From positions 620,001 to 684,000 of the forward strand of contig LSRY02000040.1 in the NCBI GenBank assembly GCA_001643675.2: DNA of 64,000 nucleotides, written 5' to 3'. The position numbers were made by a program, and so were the translations under genes. The stretch's first letter is position 1. The number at the start of each line of letters is the position of its first letter. The stretch is from Monocercomonoides exilis PA203. Its lineage: Eukaryota > Protista > Preaxostyla. Shown here piece by piece: positions 48,440 through 62,100 of the stretch. The notes under the pieces are model-generated. The model was not told where the DNA came from and did not search any database. It saw only the letters and a list, made by a program, of their open reading frames with translations.

Positions 48440-51400
48440 CACTTGTCCATGTCATCCTCCTCTTCAGCTGCCCCAACGCAAACTGAAGCTAAATCTTCAA
48501 CTTCTCCGAAAAATTCACGAAATTTCATTAATCCAACACCGTTTCGTACCTGAGTCACTTCTCTTAAATAAACAAATAATGATATTCGAATGCCCAACAC
48601 ACATCTCAATGAATTATACACAGAGATTATGTCCATTTCGCACAAAACGTCAGAAACAGGAGAGGATAACTTGGCAGCTGAAAGAGGAGTCAGCGCAGAT
48701 GATAGATGTGCCTGTGGAGCAAATGTCAGTGACATTTGTGAAGAAGTGTTCGAAGAACAGTGAGCTTTTCCAATGTCAGAAGACTTTTATCACTTGAACA
48801 ATCCATTGGAGATCCGAAAATATAATTTGAAGGCAATGTGATCTTTTGCTCTTTTCTTTTCTGGCGCATAAAAGAATTTGGTGTTTCAAACCTTGCATTT
48901 TGTATTTTTTTCTTCGATTGCTCTAACGATATAAGCTGAAGATAGTAAAAGAAGATCTCAATTTCCTTAAGATGCTCGGCACAGTTCTCTTTGTTCTGAA
49001 GTTGCAACTGCATTCCCAAAGGAGGCAGACGAGCTGCGCTGCCTTGCATGTTCGTTGCTCCTGTTGGAATAAGCCCTTGAATTCATTGAATATCCTGTGA
49101 TTGCATAAACACCTGTTGCACCATTCCCTGTTGAGAATACAATGGAAATGAAACTGAACAAGAACCAGAAGAAGAGCCAGTAGACGGATTCAACAAGGGA
49201 GGAAGAGAAACATTCACTTCGCTTTCTTCATTTTCATCAGTCATCTTTCTTCCTCCAGCACTGCTGCTTCGCGACTCTCTCATTGACCCCAAGTTCCCTT
49301 TGTTCTTTCTTGTTGTTCCTTTCGTAGCGGAATTCGTTGGAATGAGGTTGAACATCTCAAACGCCTCTCTTTCTCTCTCATATTGTTCTTCTCTTTCCTA
49401 CTCCTTCTGCAAAATCCTAATCTTCTGTTCCTCTTTTTTTTGTGCTGCTATCTCCAGTGCCTGCTTCGTGATTTCATTGAGTGGAATGCCACTGGCCAAT
49501 GTTCGTGACTGCAATGTTGACGCAGCAGCAGCTGAAGCGGATCAACAGACTGCCTTGCAAGCACCAACATAAACTGATTCTCTTTGTTTCTCGCTTTTTC
49601 CAGGATATGGCAGAACTGCTCAAGTCGAGAGGCTGTCTGAATACCCTGCGACTTCGTCATGCGCTCAATGATACTCACTCTCGGTGGCTTCTTGCGGATG
49701 CTTGGCTGATGCGGGGTAATTGCCAGTGAGGAGGAAGATGAAGATTGAGAAGGCATTGGAAAAGAAGAAGGAATTCCTTTGATTTTTCCAAGTTGAGAGT
49801 GCTGTGTGGAGAGTGAGGCGATGATGGAGTTATCATCAATGCTGCCTGAGTTAATGTTGGATGTAACAACATTAGATAAAGAGGATGAAGAAGAAGCATT
49901 CATAAAAGATGAACGATGTGTTGAAGGGAAACGATGACACGAAAAAATCTGCTATCCTTCTAAACTTACACCAACACCATTGAAGAAAGAAGACGATGAA
50001 TAATTCTGTTCTGAAATTGAAGAATTTGAGAAGGAGGAAGTGAAAATTGCATCTCTGATGTGAAATTGAAGTGAAGTGTCAACGAATTGTGCAGCTATTA
50101 GTGTACGCAGCTCCACAACACACACACATTTCTCTCATTCTGCAATTTTTCCCCTGATCGGCTGAATCGTCTAAACATGTGACATGATCAGCAGATGGCT
50201 TTCTTCCTCGTCAAACAGAATGTCACTCTTCTCTCCTTTTTCGAATGCTCTCTTCTACAGCGCCGTGTGCCTCCTCACAAGAGAACATTCCAGACAAACC
50301 AGACTCCGCTCCATGTCTCCGCTAGCCACACTTCCAAAGCCAATTCGCTCATGTGACAACAAGCACAGCTGTCCGAGCAGCGGAGAAAGAGGGGCTAAAA
50401 TTGTTGTCTTTTTCTCATCTGCTAGCAGCTCTGCTTTTTCCTTTGCGATAAAGTCGTCGCTTGTCAACAGCGCTTGCAGCACTGGCTCCATGTGCCTACG
50501 ATGCTTTCTATTTCATTGCTTCTTCCTCTTCACCTGAGCCTCCTCCAACTGCGCATATATTCATCCCATTCATTGCGCTGTATCTAATTCCCAGCTTGAT
50601 CGGAATCCTAACCAAATGACCTATTTTCGTCAGCGAATGGAAGCTCCAGAATATCATTTGCTTCCCCAAAGCCGGTGCAATCCCCCTCATGGCAGGGCAC
50701 TCAAACAGAGTGAAATCAGTTGCCGACGCATTCAGACGCTCCACTTCAGTCAGGTTGAGTCAGCAGTCAACGCTTGCCCCTCCTTCATTCTGAAGCACGA
50801 TTGACTGAATCTGCATATTCACCTCGCAGATTAGCACCTGTTCCAAAAAATGCATTGCAGTCTTCTCTGCTCCTCGCTCGATCTCAAACACAGCATGCTC
50901 ATCTGTGAAACTCAACGTTTGCAACGCAATCTTCAAAACGTCTTGCTTCCCAGCGGAGCAGCACTTTAATAGAATGACAGGTGCATCATATTCTGCAGCA
51001 AGTGCATAGCAACCTCTGTGAAGATCAGCCCATCGAAGTAATTGAATGTGTCATCGTCAGGTGTAAGCTCGCGGGTAAACGCGTTACTCAACTGGTTCAA
51101 AGACAGCTCTTTTCACACAATCACCTTCTCCGTGTTGTGGAGGTGCACGTCCACAACAGCCGCGGAGGGGAGGATCTCCAGGCCAGCCACCACACACAAT
51201 GCAGTTTCGTTGTGTTTGAATTGTATTCATAACATTTCGCCGGTTTCTTGCTCTTCTTCCCGATTCTGTAACAATAAAGAAGAAGCAGGAGAAATTCAAG
51301 CAGATTGAAATGGATCGTAAATACCTCTGTCAGCGTTGAATTTCTCTGGACAATAATTTCTTTTCTCTTTGTCATTTCAATCACACGCACAACACGGCAA
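48440..51400 (-). pseudogene. Decayed gene of unknown family
   Basis: GC-richer coding-like DNA giving a chain of short minus-strand ORFs (51299-51084, 50744-50508, 50491-50255, 49903-49448, 49355-49083). No motif recognised. Confidence 0.35.
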
Positions 51401-51940
51401 GTGTGCATGAACGAAGTAAATAGAGGAAAAACACTTTGATTCTTTCGTGAGATCTTGTTGAAATGACTTCGCTTTGTGGCAAAACCGATAGAATAGGTAG
51501 AGTAGTTGAAGGAAAAGCAGAAAGAGAAGCAGCAGACGATGATGGCAATAAATCAGCATTGCGTGTTTTGAGAGAAAGGAACGAAGAAGCAGGCAAAGAA
51601 GAAGGAGAAAAAGAAGAAAAAGCAGAAGAAATGGAGGTTAAAAATGATGAAAGATTCATCAAATTATTTGACATAAATGAAGAACATTTTTGAGTGAAAA
51701 AGATGAGGAAGAAGAAGCATTACAGAAGATATGAATCATATTTGAATTTTGTTTACCAAAAAACAAAGTTCCTTTCAGAAAAATCAAATCAATTAATATT
51801 GTCATACACCCATTTCGAATTTTAATTTTTTCGTTGATCTGCAATTTGCAGAATTGATTATTTTTTAGTTCATAATGGTATAAATGAAGTAAAGAAGAGG
51901 TATATTTACGCAAAATCGATTTCTGCAAATTTCCAAGTTA

Positions 51941-53472
51941 GTTGGTTGATAACCCGGGAAAAAGTAGATAACCCGGGAAATTTTCTTAATGATCACCCCC
52001 TTTATGTGTTGTTATGAAAAAACAACGAGAGAAATTTAACCTTCGCAGATTTATATCTTTTCTTTCTTCGTCTGAATATAGAAAATATTCAACAAGGCAG
52101 CTAAGAATCCTGAAAATAATAGAAAAAGAAGGTTTCAGAGCATCAGATGTGTTCAAGGCAGGATTGATTTCAAAGAGTGCATACTACAGAGCTGTTAAGG
52201 CAAAAAATGAACAGAGAGACGTCGGAATAAATGGAAGACCCTGGAAAATCAGAAAAAAGTATCGCGATGGAATAGCAATGCAAATAAAAAATGATTTACA
52301 CCATCTCAAAGGAACAACTGCAAAGCAATGCACAAATGCAGTTTGAATGTTAATATTTCAATTATTTAATTATTTTTTTATTATAAATAGGCTTCTTTAA
52401 TTTCTTCTTCGAAAAAGAACGAAAGCGTTAATAAAAAGGCTGTGAATAAAAAGTGGGGTTATTCTTTTGTTTCCAAAATGAAAGGATGTTTATTAAAAAA
52501 GCCAACAAAACTACCTATAAACAGAATCGAACATTCAACAAGGTTCATTTTGCGTCCTTTTTTTGAAGAATTAGAAGAATTATATAAGAAGAAGTAATAT
52601 ATTCCACAATTAATATTTAATCTGGATGAAACTTACATCAAAAGAGACACAACTGAATCTACGAAGATTATCACTCTGCCGGATTGTCCAAGCCCAATTT
52701 CTCAAGAAGCACCTCTTCCTCCATCAATTTCTTTGCTTTTGCTGATTTCTGCTGACGGAGAGCATTGCAAAACTTCTGTGATCAGCCATTCTACTTTTCT
52801 TCCTCAGGAATATGCACAGGCCAACTCCGACAACTTTGTTTTCACTGCAACCACAAAGAAAGGAATGGATACTTCTTTATTTTTTGACCTATTCAAATAT
52901 GTTGTAGTTGATTCTATTGATAGAAGAAGAAAACTGATGGGATTATCAAACTTTCCTGCATGCCTGCATATGGATGGTGCAACAACACACACGAACAAAG
53001 ATGTTTTGGAACTGGCAAAGGAAAATAGGATTGATATTGTATTTCCTCCTTCACACACCTCGCACATCGTCCAACCATTAGATAAATACGTCAATGCAAA
53101 TATTAAGAAAATTATTTACACTACTGATTCAGACTTTGTGCGAAGCAATGCAGCATCAAACAGATCCAACTTCGTCACAAAACTCAAAGAAGCATTATCA
53201 GAAGCATTAAAACCTTCAACCATCGTAGCATCCTTCAGAGATTCTGGCATTTGGCCCTTAAATCCTGAAATTGTATTGAAAAACCTCAGTGAAACATCGC
53301 CTGTTGTAGGTTGCGAAGCTTCCATCAGCAAAACCCACTTAATTGATTATTCGAAGTGCAGAATTTTCACTTTCGATTAAGTTTTTTCATTTATTCACAT
53401 AAAACATTGCATTATATCTTTTTTTAATAACTTTTTTCTATTAATAATAATTTACCCGGGTTATCTACCAAC
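51941..53472 (+). mobile_element. pogo/Fot1-like (IS630-Tc1-mariner) transposon
   Basis: 22-bp TIRs gttggt(t/a)gataacccggg(a/t)aaa, TA duplication at 51939-51940 and 53473-53474, and an inner repeat gtagataacccgggaaa at 51964-51980. Confidence 0.92.
52014..53380 (+). pseudogene. pogo/Fot1-like DD35D transposase with one nonsense codon
   Basis: Exon 1 is 52014-52340, then a 50-nt GT-AG intron, then exon 2 from 52391. Motifs FNLDET, HMDGATTH and PPSHTSHIVQPLD (35-residue spacing). In-frame TAA at 52595-52597. Confidence 0.88.
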
Positions 53473-54097
53473 TAGTAATAAAAATCTTTCATTGATCAAT
53501 AAGATCAAAGTAAACATTTTTCAGAATGATTATTTTTAAAGACACATTTTCATAAATATTCTGAATTCTTAAATTTCAATCGATGAAATAAATTTTTGTT
53601 GTTTGTTATTTGTCATTATCGAAAAAAGAATATTTTGAAAAAACTTATCATTTTCCAGAAAAATAGTTTTAAAAAAATCCTATTTTTGCTTTCGTCATTT
53701 TTTTTTTAATAAACACAAAAATAACTGTTATATTTATTAAAATTTTGAATGAGATAGTAATGCTGATTTTTTGTTTTATAAATGATATTTTTTATATTTC
53801 TTTTTAATAATTTTTTTTAGGTTGTTTGATGTTAATATAATTTTCTGATGATGTGGAAAAGGAAAGAAGATTAGGTCAGTGTGGACTTGTAGACAGATTT
53901 CATTAGGATATTTTTGCGAAATAAAAAAATTTTTTCCGAAGCTCTTTAAATATTTATTTTTCAATTTTTCATGGAATAAACACAAAGCCCAAAAAAAAAT
54001 TTAAAAAAAAAAAAAAAAAAAAGAATTATAAATTCAAACAACAACATATAAACTTATATTACCATCAAACCATAATTAAAATACTTTCAAAATAAAA

Positions 54098-56461
54098 ATG
54101 CCTTTTTCAAAACCTCAATCAACTCTTAATTCTCGATGCAAAGTTATTTGGAACGAAATTAAACGAATTGGCGGAGATGACGTTGATTCGTTGCTCGTAT
54201 ATCTCTTTTACAACTATAGGCAATCATCTTCAGTAATTAATGATTTACTGAAGTCTTTGAATGGTATGGTTTTTTGTTTTTTTGTATTGTGTTAAAAATA
54301 TTATTATTTCTCTCTGTTATTTTTTTCTTTTAATTTTGTTTATAATATATTTTTTTTGAAACAGAATATCACACAAAGCTGCTGGAAGACCTGTCTGTGG
54401 TGTACAACAACGCACCGTTGCACACTCAGACAACAATGCTACAAGCGCTGTCCCGCAACACATCATTATCCGATTTACAGGACTATGGATATGATGTCAC
54501 AGAGGGAAAATTTATGTATGCCAAACAAACGCTGAAAAAAAACCAAGGCTTTATCATTCCTCCTCAAAAACCTCATCTTCCGTCTTGCAAAAGTGGTTTG
54601 TGTTTATTTAATTTTTTTGAATAATTTTCTCTGTTTATTTAGGTTTGAATGAACAGGATTGGGAAAAGGGCAACAACTGGATGTTAGCCCATTCGACTGA
54701 AGCTTCAACTTCGCTTCAGTCAGCAAAGAAAAAGCAGCGAGCTGAGCCAGAATATGTCAGATACATCGAAGAAGAGGCTTGGGAAGAAGAGATCATTACT
54801 GAAAATTCATCTCAAAGGAAAAAACAATCTTCTTCCTCTTCAACATCGTCTCAACAAAATAAAAAATCTAATCCCATTTCAGAAAAAAATTCTCCATCTT
54901 CAAATTCCTCTTCTTCTCAAGCTGTTGATGCTCCAATCAACACTCCAACAAGGAGAGAAAGGGGTTCAACAAAAAACCAAAATAAAAATTCATATCACAA
55001 GCGTCATTCTTCTCCATCTCCAATTCCAATTCACAAACTATTCAAACAGAAAACAACATCATCCAATTCCTCGTCTTCCTCATCTTCCTCATCTTCCTCA
55101 TCTTCCTCATCTTTCGCAAAGAAACAGAAAGAATATTTAAATTCTTATGCAATTGAAGAATCTTCAACTTCCTTTAATAACGATGATGTGTGGGTTTGTG
55201 AACAATTAGTGGATTATGCTGCTTCACCCACATTAATTCCACCTCAAGCATTTCAAACTCTCTTTTCTTCATTTTCAAAAGAGAATGACATTTCAATACA
55301 TCAACAACAAAGCATTCAATCTTCAAATAAAGAAATATATCAACAAAGTAATTCTTCAAAAAATATTTCAAAAAAGAATGCTAAAGAAAAGTCAATTAAA
55401 AATAATTCTCATTCTCAATCTTCTTCAAATTCATTAAATTCTTCGAAAACATCATCACAAATAACAAATGGATTACCAAACTTGGGAAATACTTGCTATT
55501 TGGCTTCTCTTCTGCAATGCATGTTTTCTATCATCACGCAAAAACCATCTTTTATCAAAAAACAAACAGTTATGAAGAACACATCTTCGCGTGTTATAAG
55601 TGTTTGTCAACAACTGGTTAAAGATGGAATGGCAGTGCGTTCGTGGATCCCATCGCTTATCAACAAATGGGAAGACTTTTGCGGATATGGCAGCAGGCAG
55701 CAACAGAATGTGATAGAAGCATTTGAAAATCTTCATCAACTTCTTCAAAAAGATGAGTTGATAAGCAAGGATACCTTCAATCCTGTGCTCATTACTCATT
55801 TCAAATGTCAAAAATGTCAAAAAGTTTCTAATCATTTCAATGAAGCCTGCAGTAATGTTATTATTAATTCATCCTCTCCTCATAAAGGTCTATCTTCTAT
55901 CTTTTCAACTGAGATATTGAACGGAAATAATGCTGTCTGTTGCAATGATTGCAAGGAAAAATGCTGTGCTGCGAGATGGGAGGAAATGGCTGCATTTCCA
56001 GAGGTGCTAGCTCTCTGTCATGAATGCACTGATTCTGCTAGTTCTGCGCCTTCGAGAACGCTTCTAATTGAAACTGATCGCACTAACCAGCGCACGTTCT
56101 GCAAAGGGTTTTTAACAGAAAACATTCAACATCTTCAAGAGAGCAATAAGGAAACTATCATTTATCATCTTTCAGGACAAATACTATATAAACGTCTGGA
56201 TCAAAGAAATGGACATTACATTGCTATTGTTAAAAGGAAGAGTGGAATCAACAGTTTTTGGAGTATTTGCAATGATGAAAATGTTTCTGAATTCGATAGT
56301 GACAAATGGAGTTCTTCATGGAAAGATCTTTTCTCCCAGGGTTACACTCCTTCCCTTTCATTTTTCACAAAAGAAAAAACAAAGCCGACATTATCAGCAA
56401 TTCAATTTGGTGGTTCTTCATCTTCTTCAGAAACATTAAATGAAAACACTTCATTCACCTT

Positions 56462-56514
<53 letters not shown>

Positions 56515-57782
56515 TCATCACACCACCACATCAAACTTCTTCCATTCCACAACTTTCTTCATCAATCACATCTTCATATGGATTGGAAGCACTGAATGAA
56601 AAAAGAAAGAAAACGGGCATCTTTTCTCCCAATGAAAAGAGATTAATCTTCAAGCCCAAAACGAAACTGTGGAGTAAGTTTACAGAAGAAACAAACATCA
56701 AAGTTTCTCTTTCCCACTTCTACAAACTCACTACCAACTTTTCCAAAGCGAAAAGACGTACAGATCTCTGTGGCATGTGTGAGAAACTCAACTATCTGGA
56801 AAACAAAATGAAATCTTCACAAAACAAAAATGGACTTTCTTCTGCCGAGTTTCACACTCTGAAACTTCTTCGTCAACATCGACTAGTTGCAGAAATGCAA
56901 CGAAAACATTATCAATCAACTGTTGATAATCTGAAAGAGGGAGAAGCAGTCTTCGTCTTCGACTTCAACGAGAAATGGAAACTCCCCATCAGAAAGAACC
57001 AACTTCAACAAGAATTCTTCAACTATCAACAAGTATCTCAATTCACAATCATCTCACTTCAAAAAATTAATAATCAACAAATAAAAAGAACTTTCAACTT
57101 CTTCTCCGACTGCCTCTCAAATGATCACAGATTTGTCATTGAGTGTCTGAGATCTGTGATCAAAAGATACTTCTTCTCAGACACTCAAACTTTTAAGTTC
57201 TTCTGCGATTCAGGTCCACACAACCGTAATCGCTTCCTTCTTCACTTCATCCTCTCAAAACAATCCAAACTTCTCAAAAAGAAAAATACTCAACTCAACT
57301 TCTTCGCTGAGCACCATGGAAAAAATATCTGTGATAGTGAATTTGGTGCGTTAGTGAATGCAATCGACAACAATCTTTCGACTGAACGCATCACCACACT
57401 TCATGATTTGATCAACTTCTTCGAAAACAACATGAATACTTCGACATCTGCTTCTTCAACTTCTCAATCAAACATTTTCTCAACATCATCATCAAACTCT
57501 TCACCATCGTCAACATCTGTCAATGACTTTGAGCATGAGAGGTACTTTGAAGAATATGTACCATCTCAACAAATCTCATGGCCATCATTGTCAGTCCCTC
57601 ACATGAAAGACTACTTATATTTTGAGCGCAAGGGCTCATTTGTCTGTGTTTCAGCTGTTGGATATCTTCCTCAACGCTCTCTGGTTGCCCTCGAATCTTC
57701 GACAATGAAAGAAAAAGTTCAACGTTCAAGAAAGTCATTTCACTCTGATATCACATCATCTAACTTTTCTCTTCTTTCTTAA
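54098..57782 (+). CDS. Sola2-like DDD transposase with an embedded ubiquitin-specific protease (USP/C19) domain; 3 exons, about 1178 aa
   Basis: Exons 54098-54263, 54365-54595 and 54643-57782 join in frame. USP motifs GLPNLGNTCYLASLLQ, QQNVIE, CQKC/CNDC, NGHYIAIVK and WSICNDENV. Transposase motifs VSLSHFYKL, DLCGMC..H, VFDFNE, FCDSGPH and FFAEHHGKNICDSEFG. Confidence 0.85.
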
Positions 57783-58545
57783 TCTTCTCAAGATCTTCTT
57801 TCAAGGAGATTTGAGCTTCTTCTTGACTCTTCTTCTATTAATGAATCTCAAAATTGTTCTTTTGGTGTCCCCTATTAAGAAACTAGTTGTTGTGTATGCT
57901 TAGCTGGCACTCTATCGGAAGGGTGCTGGACATGACTGTTCGGATGAGATACTGCAGCCTTTGGGCTGCTTTATCCGGACTTGGATACGACGAACAGCCT
58001 CCCAGGTGCACAATAGTTAGAATCCGATTGTTTTCTTGTGGTTTTTGTCCCAATGATGTCCCTATAATAAAATTGGTTATTGTCCCGCTTATATTTGTAT
58101 TTATCGAGATTCATTAATAGAGAGAGTTGTGAGGGAATTCATTGATCTTTGTGTGAGGTTTATGAAAGGGAGAGTTGTTGAGAGTGTGAAATGTTGTCTT
58201 ATCATTGTGTCTGTCTTTTTTCAATGTTGGATTTGATCTTTTTGAGTCAAAGGGAGAGAAATATCAGAAAGTGCAGAGTGGATGGAAAACAGAGGGAAAA
58301 TAGACAAGTTAGTTTTTGAACTTTTAATATAAGTATTCTTTTTTGTTTGGAATTGTCTTTGATACCTATTATTTGTTGCAATAGTACTGTTTTTTCTTAT
58401 ATCTTTTATTGTTCAAAATTGTTGATATTTAGTTAACATTTGGTGATTGTTTTGATGATTATGTGATGGAATTATGTTTTTTTGAAAGTTATTGAATCTG
58501 ATTAGAAAATATCTGACTATTTTCAATTTTTTTAATGATCAATAT
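57303..58545 (+). ncRNA. Predicted giant G-U-rich RNA foldback (ORF 3' end paired with downstream antisense arm; arm resumes at 62329-62445 beyond the hAT insertion)
   Basis: Nested collinear helices include 57883-57897/58006-58020, 57834-57849/58106-58121, 57638-57647/58300-58309, 57612-57621/58326-58335, 57567-57574/58371-58378 and 57316-57329/62409-62422. Transcription is not demonstrated. Confidence 0.7.
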
Positions 58546-58606
58546 TAGGCCTTTGCGACAAGCAAAGTTTTGGACGTTTTTGTCGGTCGAGATGATAACT
58601 TTTGTC

Positions 58607-58609
<3 letters not shown>

Positions 58610-58667
<58 letters not shown>
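58610..58667. repeat. Poly(T) tract of about 58 nt inside the hAT-like element
   Basis: Directly visible. Confidence 0.9.
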
Positions 58668-61600
58668 CCAGCCATTACAGGTTCATTCTTTTCTTTGCAC
58701 AAGTTTTATAAATTCATAGTATATTTTTACCAATTTATATTATTCAAATATTCATTTTCTCAATTCGAAAATTTTTCCATTTCGAATATTAATGTGGGAA
58801 AGATCAAAATAGTTATTTATCGAAAAACTTGCTCACCCATCGACAAATGTTGCTGACTATGCGTTGAAAGAATAATTATCATGTGTCCTTTTATAAGGCT
58901 TTTTGTATTTTGTTTGTCATGCGAATCTCTTTGATATCAAAATAAAAATAAAATATTTCTATTTGTGTATGAAAGCAGGTGAAATAAATAAAAGCAACGG
59001 TTTTCTTTATTGTTATTTATTATAACTAAACCACATTTTCCAGAAGGAACAAGTCAGTGCTGCAAAAGCGACAAAATAAAAAAAAGATAAATTGAGGAGT
59101 GAACAGTCAAGGTATTCTTGTTTCTTTTTTACAAACAACTCGCAATTAATTCAAATTAAATTATTTTGAAATTCAAGATGCAAATCAAACGAGTGGATAA
59201 TAGGATAAAATGATGGAAACAAAGAAAATTTCTTTGAATTTTCAATATGTGCGATAGCTTTCCAAATCATTTTATTTTAAAGGCGTTCCATCATATAGCA
59301 TCTTCGTTGTTAAGCCTGATGGATGCAACCTTTTATTTATTGCTTTTTTGGAAGCTGATTGAAAATCAGTGGGATTTGTTATACGTTTTGCTTCATAGGA
59401 TGGATAAGAAAAAGATATAACGGCAGGCATGTTGAAGGAGAGAAAGTTGACAGATTTCCAGATTCTGTTCTGAGTGTTTAACGCACTCCATTCCTTCAAA
59501 GAAATGAATGGGATGCTTTTTTCGCTGTTCTGTCTCAGAAACTTTATCATTCTTTCTTCAAACATATGCAGATTTGCGTTGCCATTCACACCGACTGGAT
59601 ATCAGACAATGATACTTCATCCATCTCTTCATCAATGGTAATTTCATAGTCATCCGAAATATTACAAAAGAGCAAGATATACACAAACTTGCCTCTGTTT
59701 TTATAAGCGTTTGTGCTTTTGGATGGTTTCAAAAAGAAGTATTTGACATAGAAAGCACTATTGCTGCTTATTCAGGTTTAGAAGAATTAAAATAAGGAAT
59801 CCATCACTTTTACCAATAAAACGATGTTGAGGTGATATTTAATATCTTTGATTCAGCTTCATTAATGCGAATCAGTTATTTTCATGCTGAAAATAATGAC
59901 TGAGAAAGACCAAAATTTTTAAAAAAACTGCGGTTCGCCTTTTGCCCGTTGGAAAAGGAATGCAGCTGTCTTACACCTGCAGACAGATCACCTCTCATCA
60001 GCCACAAGAGGATCTTAATCCGTGGCTTCCCTGAAGGCGCCACATGCTCACTATGTGTGATGCTTTCGACTTCGATACTGCCCCAATTACGGATGCTGTG
60101 ATAGCTTTTTTTCCTAATATGCCATAAGCCCATCAAATGCAAGAGCAACAGAAACAGTTACACATACAAACACACAACAAAAATGCTGAGCAAGCATATT
60201 CCTAATTATTCCTGGATTCAGTAACAATCTTGAACCTTATTAGCTGAGAAATGATAATTTTCTTTCGTTGGCTCGTTCAATTCAAAATGTGATTATTCCG
60301 AAGAAAGCATCAAAGTGAGTGAAAAAAGTCAAAAATTTTAAATACACCGCAATGGAGACAAACATATAACAGCTTCAGATTGTTCATCTAACGGTCATTC
60401 CGTTAGGAACAAAAAAAGTCCACTGCAATCTGGAGAAATGAACAAGCTTTTATATTTCAAAAAAGAAATTGGTTGAAAAATGCATCATTTGGAGATCACT
60501 TTCAAACGAGAAAGAAGTAATTCAAGCGCACGAATGAAACAATCACAATTATTGTTTAGAAAGTATCGATACAAAAATTGGAGTTAAAACAAGTTGAAAA
60601 TTCTGTAGATATTTTCATGGTTCTGAATATTCGTTGTTGTTTTATCCTCAATTTTTTATGTTGCATATTTTTTCAAAAGTTTTATCGTATTTTTCAAATT
60701 TCTATATTATTTCACTTTTTTGATATTGGATTGAAAGTCGCTTGATCTTCTCCACTTCATCTTCTAGCGTTTCTCTTTGCTCGATTTCTGATTCAGAACA
60801 ATTTGTCAGAAAACATTTCTCAATTTCACTTTTGTTTTTGTCATAATCTGAATTCAATAAAACTTTATCTCGAACTGATTTTTCTAGCTTCATTTTTCTT
60901 TTTTAAATTTGAATATCTTTCTTTTGTTTTAGCTTTCTTTTCCAATACATTGTTGCTATCACCATCTCTTAAAGAAATCTATTGCTCAATTCAGAATTGA
61001 AAGCATTTTGCATCAAAATTGTTTGTAATCAAAACACAGGTCTCAGTTAGATGAATCGTATTCATAAATAAAAGTTATTTCTTTCGAATCATTGGTAATA
61101 ATTGGATCTTGACATTGTTGATGTGATAAAAAAATAGTTGCTGTTCTTGTTGTTGTTTCATATTTGTTCTTTTCAACAGGAAAACCATTTCAGAATAAAA
61201 AACACAATAAGAAAAATAAGAAGCATTTGCATCTTTAATCAGATTTCTTGATTCAGAATTCTGTTTTGATGAAAATGAATTTATCTGTTCCTATTTTTCA
61301 GTTAATAAAGAAGATCGCCTATTTCGAAGAGTTATGTTTTCTTTGCAATCAACGAGATCTCCAAAAAGTTAGAAACAATTGAGCAACAAAATATTACAAA
61401 AACAACTCCAATAAAACGAAATGGGAAAAAAACCTTTGAGCGTGTCAATGCTGATGCTTATTCAATGCTTATTTTCTCAAAATTGCCAGTTGCACTTGCA
61501 CGCGCATTCCACCATGCATTTTTTTTTAGCAACATTCTTAATGAGGAATCTTTTTCCTTTCTGTATTTTTCTATTTAAAAAATCCTTCTCTCTCGTATTT

Positions 61601-62020
61601 CCGCTTTCAAATTTATGTTTTCACTTTCAATAATTAACCTTTGACCTATGTTCGTGGGACAAACACTGAATAGCGACAAACAGGAAAATTCTTGAACATC
61701 TTCTTTGCACTGCTGCATTTAAAATGAAAATTTCTGAAAAAAAACTACTTATACAATATGAAGCATAACTCAGAGAAGGTTACAAGATCATTCAAATACA
61801 CAGCCTATAGCAACGTATATATTATTATGGTGATTTTGCCAAAAATGTCAAATCCCCTTTATTATTGCAAATGCTTGAAAATTCCATCAAAAACAAGATA
61901 TTTTCCCCTGTTTCATTTGTTTTAAAACATTGCATAATTCTCTTTATAATAGTATCTAAAAACAAACACTGAATGGATGAAATGCTTTTGAAATAAATCC
62001 ATTAGACAAACAGATTATTT

Positions 62021-62100
62021 CGACCGACTGATCTTCCGACAGACTGATCTTTCGTCCGACTGATCTTTCGACAGATTGATCTCGACAAAGATCTGTCGAT
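62021..62100. repeat. Subterminal tandem repeats (about 16-bp unit, gactgatct(t)tcg) of the hAT-like element
   Basis: Four to five visible copies about 220-300 bp inside the right TIR. Confidence 0.8.

Noticed and set aside
52595-52597. Single in-frame TAA codons (also 30843 and about 17110) as evidence for a TAA/TAG=Gln genetic code, as in some oxymonads
   Set aside because: Long Gln-rich ORFs (2625 aa, 1045 aa) have no in-frame TAR, and genes such as the saposin end correctly at TAA. Ordinary nonsense mutations are enough to explain them.
57960-57995. Minus-strand TCCAAGTCCGGATAAAGCAG resembling a twister ribozyme, and CGGATGAG...CGAA resembling a hammerhead core
   Set aside because: The required helices, pseudoknots and exact core motifs (CUGAUGA/GAAA) could not be formed.
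53400-58545. Fanzor/TnpB-type RNA-guided nuclease associated with the structured RNA
   Set aside because: No RuvC motifs are seen in the Sola-like or pogo ORFs. The C-terminal domain fits a DDD transposase.
58610-58667. Poly(T) as the tail of a retrocopy or non-LTR insertion
   Set aside because: No flanking TSD or associated ORF could be identified.
59240-60200. Recognisable hAT transposase inside the hAT-like element
   Set aside because: Only weak fragments in different frames (RCHSHRLD, NPWLP, AISPSNARA), too degenerate to call. The element is classified from its TIR and TSD only.
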